Origin: Phaeosaccion multiseriatum
Taxonomy: Eukaryota > Protista > Ochrophyta, other classes
DNA length: 64,000 nt
Direction of reading: 5' to 3'
Assembly (NCBI GenBank): GCA_965112735.1
Contig: OZ218951.1
Location: 2,542,001 to 2,606,000 of the forward strand
The notes beneath the pieces are model-generated. The model was given only the letters and a program-made list of their open reading frames with translations, was not told where the DNA came from and made no database searches. Positions 24,317 to 36,700 of this stretch are shown here, piece by piece. Both the position numbers and the translations under genes were made by a program. The first letter of the stretch is position 1; each line of letters starts with the position of its first letter.

Positions 24317-26114
24317 ATGGGGGCGATGCCGAGGCAAAGAGCTTTCGATGAGGAAGAGCGGAGGGCCAAGAGGCGGGGCATCGTGGCGATCTGCATTTCG
24401 TCTTTGCTGTGCATGCTGGGCTTGACGCTGTTCGGTTTCGCAAGGCTGGGCCGATTGAGTGGGGAGATGAGCGGGAGCGGACCAGTGTCGCAAAAGCACC
24501 AACAGGATAAACAGCAGCAGCAGCAGCAGCACAAACAGCACAAACAGCAACAAAAGAAAGTCTCCGGTAAGCAGAAGAAGCAGCCCCAGCCTCCCCGCAA
24601 GGAGCCTCCGCAGAAGCTCACCCCGGCCGAGGAAGAGGCTGTTTTTGGCCCAGGGCCCTTACCCATTCCCGGACAGCCGACGCCGAGCTGGGAAGAGTTT
24701 CAGCAGCGGCTCTTGGAGCAGCCTCACACGGAGATTGAGCAGGTCAAGACGGTGTTTGACAACAAGTTCCGGGTGGTGTTCTTTGCGGGCATCGAGGGGT
24801 CCGGGCATCACTACGCCAGTGACGTAGTGGAGGAATTGGGGAGTAAGGGCATCAGCAACATCCAGTGCAAGCCGATCGAAGCCGTGTGGCCGGGAATAGC
24901 CAAGGCGGAGTCGATGAACGACCTCGCCAAAGCGACCCGCGTACTCTCGGAGGAGATTATGAAGGCCAGGAATGCCTCCGAAGCATTCGCTCTGTCACAG
25001 GCAGAGGCCGATAGCGTGGGTGACGCTCGCCCGCACTCCATACTGCCACTCAATTGCGCCAGAGAGTACCGATGCAAGCAAACGGGCTTCGGCTCTTACC
25101 CCAACTTTGGGCCCAAATTCACGCAGAACAACATTGATCTGGTCCAGCTAGCACACGTGAGTACAGTAGGGAAGAGGCGGGGTGTGTTGGGCTGACGACA
25201 GAGAGCACGATTAAGCTACGAGAAGGGCAGAGAAGCCTGCAAGCACAGTACAATAGAGAAGCCTGCAAGTACAGTACAAAAGGCAGCACGCACTCAACCG
25301 CGCCCCCTCCGCCCCCCCCCCCTTCGCTTGGCCCGATCCTCTTCCTCCTCCTGCCGCTGCTTAGCTCTGCGAGTCTCTGGGCATTGACCTACGCATCGTG
25401 TACCTATACAGAGACCCGGTGGAGATGATTCGCTCCGTACACCGAAGGTTCGAGGGGAACCTCCCTATGCTCTCCACCGTCAGGAGAGTAGAGGCCAATG
25501 CACGCATCCTTGGGAGTATGCTTGACAAGGTGGACCCCTCCTTTATTGAGTGTATGAGTTTGGATGAAGTGAACGTGCCGGACAGTCCTCAGCACGTCCG
25601 TCTGGCCAAGCATCTCGCCCCTGTAGCTGGTGATTCCGGCAGCAGCTCGGGCAACAGCAACAACAAAAGTGCCAGTGACAGCAGCAGCGGTAGCAGCAGC
25701 AGCAGCAGTGGCTGTGGTGGGAGGAATGGTAGCTGTACAGTTGCTGAGGTGTTTGCAAAGATGGGCAAGCCACCTACCGACCACCACAGGAAGCCCCCCA
25801 ATCCGTATGGAAGACCTGTGAAGAAGGAGCAACAGGTACGCATCGTCACTTCGTCAGGGCATGTGATGGGCGTGCATGGCGTGGTGCAAGACGCCTGGCA
25901 TGCTTATTGCTCCCCTGACCGAGATCAGAAGAGGAAGGAGCAAAAGAAGGGAGGAGGGGGAGGAGGAGGAGGAGGAGGGGCGGCAGGCGGGGACGGCGAT
26001 GCAGCCAAGAGAGCAGAATCGGCCAAGAGGGCGGCGCTAGCAGCCGTGGAAGCTGCAAACGCAGCGGCAGAAGCAGTAGCGGCCACGGAAGCTGATGAAA
26101 GGGCACCAGCATAG
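24317..26114 (+). CDS. Type II membrane P-loop sulfotransferase-like protein (2 exons: 24317-25156, 25365-26114)
   Basis: Short basic N-tail plus a TM helix (GIVAICISSLLCMLGLTLFGF), Q/K/P-rich stem, 5'-PSB-like VVFFAGIEGSGHH and 3'-PB-like IVYLYRDPVEMIRS. A phase-0 GT-AG intron joins the two track ORFs in frame. Confidence 0.72.
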
Positions 26115-27243
26115 AGGGAACTGTAGAGATATCGCTGCTCGCGGGTCGAGCTCAGTGGTCATCGCGACGCGTCCCTGGGGATGATGGTGGCGGTGTTCAC
26201 AGCATCGTAGTCTCCCCTGCCTGCTCCTCTCCATTCATTGCCCATTGCCGAAATGCGGTCAAAGGGCGCTGTCCCCACCCGCTCAGTCTGCTTCCCTGGG
26301 CTAGCAAAAGCCAAAGGCAGCAAAGCTTCGGCAGGCGCTCTGGACCCGTCACTGTGCCTCCGATGTGTGTTGGGCACCGTGACAGAGCCCCAGACCATGT
26401 CAGTGGATGGCAGCTTGCGGGGAGACCGCCGTTGGCTGCTGCTGCGGCTGCTCCTCAACGACAGGGGGGTAGGGGTGTCAGGACTCTGTCAGCGTGCGTA
26501 AGGGCGAAGCACGCGCCGGGCACCAGCTTACTTCACTTAGCTCCTTGGGGCTGAGGATCGATCACGCAGGAGGATGGGCAGTCTTTGACCTTTGCTGCAT
26601 GCAGTCCGGCGGCGGGTCACGAGGCGCGCTGCTCGCCAAGAGGCAGAGGATGAGACTCTTTCGCTTGCCCTCCAATCGGCCGACGAGAGGAAGAAGCAGT
26701 GAATGCCCTTTCACGCGGAGAAGAGGGAGTCCCTACAGTATCACGAGGGGTACCAGCCTGGAGGGCACCCTTAATGACCGCAGGGCAGAGCACGAGCACC
26801 CCCCCCGCCCGCGTGGATGGGCCTCTGCAGCTCGGGAACAAGTCTGAGTGTCACTTCATTCGGATCAGACACGCAAACCACACACACGAGGAGGAGGAAA
26901 GGGAAAAAACCTGCCTACCCTGTACATCGTCTTTGCTCCTTTCCACCGCCTATAGATATAAAGGTGGATGCAACACTGAAGCCGCACCCCAGCCACACTT
27001 TCAGAGGGACAACAACAATGATTACACCAAAGCAAATGTAATTTACAAAGTATTTATTTCGAGAAAGCAAGCAAGCAAATCAAGGCGGAGCCGAAGAGTT
27101 TCCAACAGGCTCGCGACGCTCCACCACCAACTTCCATTTTTTTTTTCCTCGACTTGCTTTCAGGACTTCCGCGTTCAATATCATACCCACGGGCTGTGAC
27201 GACGGAAGACAGGCAGAGAAAAAAGGCGTGTCGATCCGAGAGG

Positions 27244-30013
27244 ATGGGAGAAGTGGGAGGGAGAGATGATGGGGGGTACGAGGAGAGGAAGGGGGGGGAA
27301 ACTCCGCAGCAGCAGCAGCAGCAGCTCTACAGTCTTCAGGCAGCGGCGCTCTGTCACGACGGGGACCTAAGGTGCCTCGCCATCTCCGTTGGAAGGAGTG
27401 AAGAGGGGTCGCCTCGACACCATGTGTTCACTGGAGGACGGGACAAGGAGCTCAAGGTCTGGACGCTGGTCGAGAGGCAGCAGCAAAAGGAGGAGGCGGG
27501 CCATGAGGCGGGTCATGAGCAGCAGCAGCAGCAGCAGCAGAAGGAAGGCGAAAGCGAATATAGGGTAGCACCAGCGACGCTAATGGAGCTGGAGCCTGTA
27601 TGCGGAGTCACCTTCGAGTGCTGGGTGAACGCTGTCCTCACCTCCGCTGAGCACGAGGCAGAAGCTGTCCCCCCCACAATGCCTCCCGCGTTGATTGTCG
27701 CGGGCCTTCAAGACGGAGTCATCGTACTGTGCGGCTGGGAGGACGAGAAGAGGACGAAACTCTCTCCCAAGAGGGAACTGTACGGCCATCAAGCGCCACT
27801 CTGCTCGCTGGACTGGATGACCTCTGGGGGAGCGAGGGCCGCTGCCACGTGCGTGGCATCGCCTGGTGATCCTCCTACTGATGGTGCCCTTCCTCCCCCT
27901 CCTCCTCCTACTGCTCATGCTGCTCCTCCACTCCTCTGCAGCGGGGCCTGGGACGACACGGCGCGTGTGTGGGACCTGAGCAAGGCGGGGCAGGAAGGCG
28001 CGGTGCAGGTGTGTCTATCGAGGAGCATCGTGAGAAACCCGTCCATATGTATGGGCTTTGGATCAGTGTAGTGCAATGAGGCTGATGTAGAGTCTGATAT
28101 TCTCTTTCCCTCCCTCCCTCCCTCCCCCCTCTCTCTCTCTCTCGTCTCTGTCTATTGCCTGCATTGCCCTACGTAGGTGCTTCAGCACGGCGAGGAGAAC
28201 AATATCTGCGTGCTTGGATCTCTGGGCAGCGGCAGCGATGGCAGTAGCAGCAGCAGCAGCAGTGGCAGTGGCAACAACCCACCCCGACTATTGACTGGTT
28301 CCACAGGGTGTGCCGTCGAGGGGCAACTCAAGAATGCCACTCTGAGGCTGTGGAAGGGCTCGCCTCTCACAGTCGCGGACGGCAGAGTGGATCACAAATT
28401 GGGCATCCGCAACCTCTGCCGAGTCTGTGAACCTTCTACGGATGGCAGTGGAGGCGGTGGAGGTGGAGGTGGTGGTGATGGCCGTAGCAGTGATGGAGGA
28501 ACCCTGTACGCGAGCTGCTCGAACGATGGGACGGTGCGTGTGTGGTCTGTGAGTGCGGAGGGCGACAAGCTGCAGGACCGAGCAGTGCTGGGCTGCCTGG
28601 ACGGACCGTACGTCTTCGATGTGGCCGCCACGCCTACGGGTCTGTTGGTGGCGGGAGACGACGCCGGGTTGCTTCGCATCTGGCAGCCGAGGGGTGGCAA
28701 GTGAGTGAGCAGTTGGGCCAGGGTAGAAGGAAGGGAGGAAGGAAGGAAGGAAGGAAGGAAGGAAGGAAGGAAGGAAGGAAGGGCCATGAGGCAGCAGTGT
28801 ACATGCGTAGAAATGTACCTCGTCTGCTCGCTTTCCTTCATGCGTGTATGAACTTATTTCTCGCTCGCGATGTTCTCTTCCAAGCACGCTCTGGGCTAAC
28901 TGGACCCTAACCCCGACCCCGACCCTTCCGTCCTTGATCGTCCCCCCTCACCCTCACCCTAACCCTAACCCTGGCCCTGTGTCATTTGGATCTCTTCCTC
29001 TTGGCCCGTCGACACACGCACCCCATCCCATCCTCCTCACAGCCTCGTGCAGGCCATCCCTCAGCCGTGCACCATTTGGTGCTGCGCCGCCTCCGGAGTC
29101 CTTCCTCCCGCAGCAGCAGCAGCAGCAGTAGCAGTTGGTGGTACATCAGCACTTGGCGATACAGCAGGGCTCATCCTAACCGGAGACTCCAAGGGCGCGC
29201 TGCGTGTGTACGGCACCGACCCTTCCAAGGCCCGCCCCCCGGGGTATGGGTGTGACCTTGCCCCTCAATCCCTCCATGGCGGGATGGCAGTAGATGGAGC
29301 AGCATCCCAGGGGGGGGGGCAAGGCTCGGGCTCGTCACCCCTATCGCAAGCAACACCATCGGCGCTTGCACCGGATTCCATCGGGGCGGCGGCGGCTGCG
29401 GCTCAAGAAGCAGGCCTGGCGACGACTCAGGTGAGGGAAGGATTCAAAGGTCGAGGATTGGAGGAGAGGAGAGCAGCGGTTGTAGGGTAGGGTAGGGTAG
29501 GGTAGGGTAGGGAAGAGAAGGGTAGGGTAGAGTGGGGCTCAAGTGAAGAGAACGCACGAGTTTCTTCCCCCTCCCCTCCCCTCCCCTCCCCTCCTCTCCC
29601 CTCCTCCCCTCCCTTCCCCTCCCCGACTCTCCCTGACCCGATCTGACCCGATCCAATCCTCTCTCTCTCTGCCTCTCGTCTGCGCCAAAGAAGGGCTTAT
29701 TTACCTGCTCTGTTCAATGGCGTTAATAATCTCCCTCTCCTCGCTTCCCCCTCCCCTTCTCCCCGCCCTCCCTCTCGCCCCGCCCGCTCCCGGCCCTCCC
29801 TCGCCCCAGACTCTTCTTGACGGCGAGCTGTTCGACTTTGTGCTGCCCGTGGAGATCGACTCCAAATCTCGAGGCTTCCTCTGCCTGCAACTGGGGCTCA
29901 ACGTTGGCGACGACCCCGAAGTACTTGCTTCGGACTTTTGCGCTCGCCACGGCTTGCCCCGAGGAGAGTACGAGCCTCAGATTGTCGACTTCATCCGGGC
30001 GAACCTCATGTAA
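27244..30013 (+). CDS. PLAA/Doa1/Ufd3-like WD40 + PFU protein (4 exons: 27244-28008, 28177-28700, 29043-29430, 29810-30013)
   Basis: WD40 repeats (HDGDLRCL..TGGRDKELKVW, LYGHQAPLCSL..SGAWDDTARVWD, ASCSNDGTVRVW, VQAIPQPCTIWCC) and PFU signature DGELFDFVLPVEI..LQLGLNVGDDP..ASDFCARHGL..YEPQIVDFIRAN. Splice phases are compatible. Confidence 0.85.
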
Positions 30014-30252
30014 CCTTAATTAATTAAAATTATTTTGAAAAATAAAGCATGTCTCAGACAGGGCAGTGGGGGGCAACCATCCTCTGTGGTGAGGGGAGGA
30101 GGGGAGAGGGGGCTAGGGTGTCTTCTGTTTGTTGGCATGTACAGCAACAGCAACGTTGGTGCAAAGAAGAATCGAAGGAAGAGTGGCGAAGCCCAAACAC
30201 TGTCCTGATCGAAACCAACTGCCTTTGATTGGTATATATATTTATATATACA

Positions 30253-30507
30253 TTTGCCTGTTCGCCGTGTGGCATCTCAGCTCCGCACCCGCGATAGCCC
30301 GGCTCGAGGGCGGGGTGGTGATAGGGGCACGTAGTGTCCTTGGTCGGGCACGCACCCCTGCGAAGCCACCTGTAGCACTGCCCCTTGTCGAGCGGAGGCG
30401 GCGGAGATGTGGAGTCGAGAGGATGCGCTTGCTGACGCTCAGCTGCTCCGATCTCCAGGGGACTATCGCGGGTGCCGAGCTGAGGTGCCACATGGCGCAC
30501 AGGCGAA
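30253..30507. repeat. 45-bp imperfect inverted repeat enclosing a 165-bp spacer with a CCCH-like coding fragment
   Basis: 30253-30297 versus the reverse complement of 30463-30507: 40/45 identities, ungapped. Confidence 0.85.
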
Positions 30508-30815
30508 GAAGCGCGACTACGGCGCATGTAGACATCAACAGTTCCGGACGGCCCGAGCGGGTGTGGGCTGGGCGAAGAGCATGTTAGCATGTTGGTAGTA
30601 CTCTCGAAGTCCACCTCGCAGTGGCTCTCCAACGTTTGCAGGGGGGGGGGGGGGGGGCAGAAGGCGTCCACCACACGCCTCCTCTTCAGGACGTTTGCAC
30701 GAAAGCACACATGGCTGCGCTACGGATCCACCAGGAGAAGCCCACACCCTCCTCCGAGACCCCTCCAGAGGGAGAGAACAAGCATGACCAGAGCCTCCAC
30801 TCTCAGGGCACCCAC

Positions 30816-32607
30816 TTACGCCCTGCGTTGCTTCTTCTTCTTGCCACCCGAGGGAGCGATGGGGCTTGCTGCTTTCGCGGCCGCTCCCGCCGCTCCAGCT
30901 CCCACCGCTGCTGCTGATGCCTTCCTCTTGCTGCCACCACCGCTCTTGCCGGTGTTGCTGCTACTGCTGCTGCCACTGCTGCCGCCGCTGCCGCCGCTGC
31001 CCGTCTCGGTCGCCTTGAAGCGCTCTGCCATGGCCGCTCCAAAGAGGGCGTCACCGACCCTCTGAGCGGTCCACACGCCCCCCTCCTCCCCCTTCCCTCG
31101 CCCGTCCTTCTTGGCTGCCTTGTTGAGGGCCTCCGCCTTCTCAGTGAGGGCCTGGAGAAGGGTCCAATTGGCCTTCACAGAGTAGTCACGCCCCTTTACG
31201 CCCTTGCTCATCACGGCGTCGAGCTAAGACACAGTAAGCAGACGTGTGTGTGTGCGTGCGTGCGTGCGTGCGTGCGTGTTGTGTGCACGTGGTGTGGGTT
31301 GTGCGTGGCGGGTTTGTTCATCGTGCGCGGGGGGGGGCAAAGAGGAGACGGAATGACGTAAGGAGACGCACAAGAATGAGTCGGAGAGTTACTGAGCCGG
31401 AAGGAGCTTTTCGAGTGAGCGACAGCTTCCTCCAGCTACGGGTGATGTTTTCATTCGCACGGCCCCACTCCTCAAGCACTATTCAGTCCCAAACCCAACC
31501 CCACGTCAAAGCGTCCCATCTCCTGCCATTCACTGCCATCCCCGTCCGCTGCCATCCTCACTCACTTACCGCCTCGTCTGCCATGTAGGGAACCTCCCCG
31601 TGCTCCGCCACAATGCCAGCGACGGCAGACGCGAGTGCGGGCCCGACATTGAAGAGCTCAGAAAGCTTCTCGACACACGCTTTCACGTCTTTCTGGGAGC
31701 GTCGCTTGTGGGGAGGGCCCGCCGCCCACCACTGCTTGAAGGCTGCCTCAGTCACGCTCACCTGAGAGGGAGGGGGCAGAGGAGGAGGAGGAGGGGGAGG
31801 AGGAGGAGGGGGAGGGGGAGGTCAGTCAGTCAGTCAGGCTAATCCTGTCCCACCACTTCCTCCACATCACGCACCACTTGTGTGGAGGAGTTTCTTTCCG
31901 AAAGTCCTTTCATGAGAGGCCTCCACTTGCCCCGAAGCATCTTCCATTGCAGCACCTGCTTCAGCTGCTCGAGGGTCAGGTGACCTTGCGTCTTTACCAA
32001 CCCGCTCAATGTCTGCAACAGGCAGACAGGCAGACAGGCAGACAGGCGGGCAGGCGGGCAGAGGGGATGGGGTCTTAAGGCATGATGTTTACAAAAGCGT
32101 CGCTTGTGAATGGACTGACTTTGTTCATTTGAATGTTGCTCACCCTCCTATTCTCTCACTCTCTCACATACCGACGCACAAATGAATGTCGCCCACTCTC
32201 CTATTCTCTCTCTCACACACACCGACGCACACATGCACACGCCCACACCCATCCACTAGCCCCACCCAACACACCTATCTACCTTTGACTTGATGAGGTC
32301 GTCTTTCGACTTGACAAACTCGTCGAGCTTCACTAAATCTCGCTCCATCTCCATCTTCTTCATTAGTTTGATGATCTTGGGGTCACGGTTCAAAGCGCTT
32401 ATGCCCGCCCCGTAGCTGGAAGGGGGCACGACAGTACGAGTGGTGCGGTCAGATGGTCGAGTATTTCTTGCAGTTGATACCGCCCCACAGGACCCGACCT
32501 CCGCTTCCTTCTAACCTTGCATCGGCTGCCTGGAAATCCGCCTCGACTCCGGTGTCCATGAGCTTCTTCGCGGCCGCCGACCACGATTCCCTGTCCTCTC
32601 CTCCCAT
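30816..32607 (-). CDS. Amun-family HhH DNA-glycosylase-like protein (5 exons)
   Basis: Spliced exons (~32607-32517, 32414-32283, 32012-31875, 31761-31570, 31223-30816) give ...LVKLDEF...HLTLEQLKQVLQWKMLRGKWRPL...N...LSELFNVGPALASAV...VPYMADEA...WTAQRVGDALF and a basic NLS-like tail, the characteristic motif series of this family. Confidence 0.82.
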
Positions 32608-33630
32608 GGTTGAGGAGGAGTCAAGGAAAACAACCTCACGTCATTCAGTCTCCGGCGTGCCAGAGCTTTGCTCTCCGAGGAATTTTAGGGATGAGCAAGC
32701 AGATGAATCGACAACCTGTGATCCTGGAGCACCAACACGCGAACTTGGGGCAACCGAAAAAGGGAAAAAACGATTTACGATTTACATGTGTTGGAGGAAT
32801 AGAAGAGGTGGAGAGTTGTTGCTCGGTACAGAGCTGGTCCGCTCGAGGGTTTGAGAGGGAGAGAACGCGCCGCACCACCCACAGTACAGATAAGCTCTCC
32901 TCCTCCTCCTGCTCCTCCTGCTGCTGCTGCTGCTGCTGCGGCTGCAAAGCCCTTGCCATTCAAGTTCGATTTTCTCCCCTCCCAATCGATTACATCATGG
33001 ACAAGAGGCTCTGCATGGGTGGGGTGCGAGCCGTCGATGGCGAAACACACCGTCGGACGCTCTGTCTCCGGGCAACAATGCGGCTTTGAAAAGCACTTCC
33101 TCCCTTCCCGCCGCCTCTGTACAAAGGCCCGTGCGATCACAGAGCTGACCCAGAAGGCAGAGAGACGTCCAAGTAGAGTAGAGTAGGGCTTTGGCATGGC
33201 GTCACTCTGCCCCCCACCCCCTCGGAGGTGCTGTGGTGAAGTGCTGGTGCGAGTGCTGCAAAGAAGAGCCCCTTCTCGGACCAGGGAGGGGGGAGGACGA
33301 GCCGCCTCTTCTGGGTATAAGCTGCTTACGCGGCAGTAACGTAGCAGTTACTCACGTATCGACGCGAGTTCTCTTGGAGGCTCAGCAGCCCAGCAGTCCA
33401 CCAGTCCGACGATCGCTACTGCTGCTGCTGCATCACCAACTGATGCGGCTGCTCGTCTGCTCTCTTCGTAAGTGCCCGAAGCGTGGCGCTTGTTCCTCCT
33501 CGGCTGGACGGACCAGAAGGAAGGAAGGAAGGAAGGAAACAAGTCACCCGGATAGAGCTCCTAGCCCATAGAAAGCACTTTCCCACAAGAAAGCCAAGCT
33601 CTCTCAAGTTGTCTAAAGCGCGCGCTCTCT

Positions 33631-33712
33631 CTACAGGAAGCTGGCCTGCTGTTCGCCTGTCTGCACCCCCCGGCCGCCGCCGCCATCATCGTAGTCCATC
33701 TCGTCGTCCGGC

Positions 33713-33758
<46 letters not shown>

Positions 33759-36700
33759 GGGGGGAGGTCTTCGCAGAGCCGTTGCTGGCCGTACTGTCAC
33801 GACGGTTGCTGCCACTCCCACTGCTGCTATTCCTGTGGTGACCATTTCCAGTAACACTATGATGGCCATTGAAAGTGCCGTGACGACCATTGAACTTGCC
33901 GTTGCCATTCGCAGTGCCGGGTGAGTCGATCTTGACATACGCCAGGCCTGACGCCCTTCTCCCAAACAGGCCTTTCACGCCCCCCGCGGCGGAGAACCCC
34001 CCCCCCCGGTTACCACCTTCGGCGGCTCCTATGATAAACGTCTCGTCTTCCTCTCCCTCGTCCTCCTCACCCTCGCTTCCCTCCCCCTGCCCCCGCCCCT
34101 CGACATCGTCGATCGTAAAGTTGCTTCTTCCTGGTCGCGGTCGCTTCCTCCCAGTCGAGGCTGGCGAGTCTAATCTTCCTTCTCCTCCGTCTGCCGCTAC
34201 TGCTGCCCCTGTGGCCCCGTTTCTCCTCCTCGCTGCCGCCGCAGCCCTTGCCTTTTGCATGGCCTGCTTCCGCCTCATTCGGTTGCCATAACACTGCATG
34301 AGCGCAATCAACACACTCACAATCACCACCGTTCCTCCAATGGTGAGCCACAAACTAGCCTGCTCCGACAAACCCCACTTCTTGCCCACTGAGGTCGGGT
34401 AGAGATTGACCGTCGGAGCCGGAGTCTCCACCGACACCGCCCCGCCCTCCCCCCCCCTCCCCCTCCCCGCCCTTCATCGTCGGGGCTAATGTGGGGGCCA
34501 AAGTGGGTGCAGGAGTGGGCGAGTCTCTCCGCGTTTGTAGGATGGCCAGGCAGAGATGCTCCCCGGGCTCCGTGTACTTCAGACCTAGCTCACCCGCCAC
34601 GTGGAGGATGCCGGGTGCGCCTAGGGAGGATGGCAGTGGGTGGGGAGGGGGGGGGTGGCAGTGGATTGTAGTGGATGTGTTGACGTGTGTCAGTCCAACA
34701 CAAAGCAAGAGTGGCGCTCTGTCCCTCCCTTCCCTTTCCTTCCCTTTCTTTTTGCCTTTTTTTTTTCCCTTTTCCCCCCTTCCTTCCTCTCTCTCTCCCC
34801 TCCCCTTCCATGCTCTCCCCTTGCACCTACCCGTATTCACCGACGACGTCCTTGTGGTCTTGTGTATCACATGAAACCCGTCCAAGTCTCCCCCTGTCCC
34901 CCGCACCGCCGCCACGAAACCCGTACTGCTGCCGCTGTCCTTAGACTGATTCCGCCCCACTACCACAGCGTACTCCTCGCCCAGGAGCTGCAGGGTCTGG
35001 TGTATGTAATGTTAAGTAAGTGCGAAAGCAAGGGCCGTAGAGGGGGGGGGGGGGGGGGGGGGTTGAGGTGGGTGGGTGTTTGGTGTCAGGTGTCAGGGCC
35101 GAAGAAGGAGGAGGAGGGGAGGAGGGAATCAGAGAGAGTCCAGAGAGAGAGTGTGTATATGCTCGTGTGTGTGCGTCATCACGTACCGTTACATCTTGAG
35201 CGGTGTGCGGGGCGGCTTCTGAAGGCATGAATCGCGTCCACTGATGATAAGAGAAAGCGAAGGGGGCGGGAAGGGGAGAGAGAGGAATGGAGACAAAAAG
35301 AGAGCGTCAGTGTGTGTCATGTGAGTGCGTGTGTGTGTGCGTGTGTGCGTGGGTTGCATGCCGGGGCGTAGAGGCATACCGACACACCCAGGGGGTCTCC
35401 TCTCGCATCCTCCACTATGTGTGTGGATGCTTCTTTCCCTCTTCTGATGCTTCTCTTTGGTTCCTGCTATACTACTGTCTATCTGCCTGCTCATATACCT
35501 GTTCATCTACCTACCAACCTGCTCATCTGCCTGCCTACCTGCCTCACTACGTACGTCTCATGTACCTACACATACCTGCTGATAACCCGTAGCTCCCTCA
35601 ATCTTGGACACGAAGGCCGCCTGATTGTCCCCCAAAGTATGGCCCGTTACATAGATACCAAACACGGTGGGGGGGGGACTCCCGTCTTGTGCCACAAAGC
35701 CCGACGAGGCCGTCGCCGCAGCTCCGATGGTGAGGGAACTCGTGTAGACCTCCTCCGTTGAGTTCAGTCTCATTACGTATCTGTGAGGGTTATGTAAGGA
35801 TATGTAGAGAAGCGTGTTAGAGTCCAGCCTCAATAACACGGTATCTGTGAGTCCTGTCGTGTAAGTAAACGCGTAACTCTTGTCTTGTCCATACGCTTCT
35901 ACTCTCCAGCCTCTCTCTCTCTCCCTCTCCCTCCCTCCCTCCCCCCCTCCGACTCACTCACGTCCCCATCCCTTCTGTGCCCTCCCCGTATGCCTATTTT
36001 GTCCTTGCACATCTCCTTCCTCTCCCTCCTCCTCTCCCTTCCCCTAATCATCCCCATACACCTCCAACTCGCTCTCTCCCTCTCTCCCTCTTGCTCCTCC
36101 CTCCTGCCCAGACTCACGTCTCCGTCCCATCTGTGCCGTAACTGGCAACGAAGGCACTGGCGCTGGAGGAGGGCAAGTCTCCCTCCCCCTCCGTGCCGAG
36201 CAGCCCTGTTATATACACCTGTCCGTCCGGGCCCTGCACTATCTTGGTGCCTACATCATAGGAGGGAGAGCCCAGCTGAGACGTCCACTGCACCTCGCCA
36301 GTGTCGCTACTCAGTCTGCGAGGAGGTGGAGGCGAGGGAGATGGGGGTAGCGCAGGGCAAGGAACACGGAGTAGAGTCAGCCTTCGCTTTCAGCCTTCGC
36401 TTTCAGCCTTCGCTTTCAGCCTTCGCTTTCAGCCTTCCCTTCTTCCAAAGCAATCAAAATCAACCCACCAAGCCCACAACTGGAATTCTTCCATTTGTCG
36501 GCAGGGAAGGCTTGCTTGCGTCGCCTAGGCACAATATCGTACCGGCAACAGCAGCCAACGCAGGCAAAAGTAAAGGCGCACCCCCTCCGCCCCAGTCCCT
36601 CCGCCACCGCCCCGCCCCGCTTCTCTCACCTCGAAATGAAGATGTCCGCCGAACCAGCGTTGAGGTTGGCATCATCATCTCCCGCGCTGCTGCTATTGGT

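Noticed and set aside
26159-27200. Several short ORFs between the sulfotransferase-like and PLAA-like genes
   Set aside because: No motif or consistent splice structure; treated as intergenic or decayed sequence.
28957-28972. CCCTAACCCTAACCCT telomere-like run
   Set aside because: Only about 2.5 units within a C-rich intron, which is expected by chance in this context.
32645-33607. Overlapping 60-160 aa ORFs upstream of the Amun-like gene
   Set aside because: Driven by CAG/CTG repeats with no domain signal; likely UTR or intergenic.
34441-34470. Apparent frameshift in the propeller gene as programmed recoding or pseudogenisation
   Set aside because: It falls in C-homopolymer runs, so a sequencing/assembly indel is the simpler explanation. 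Needs a read check.
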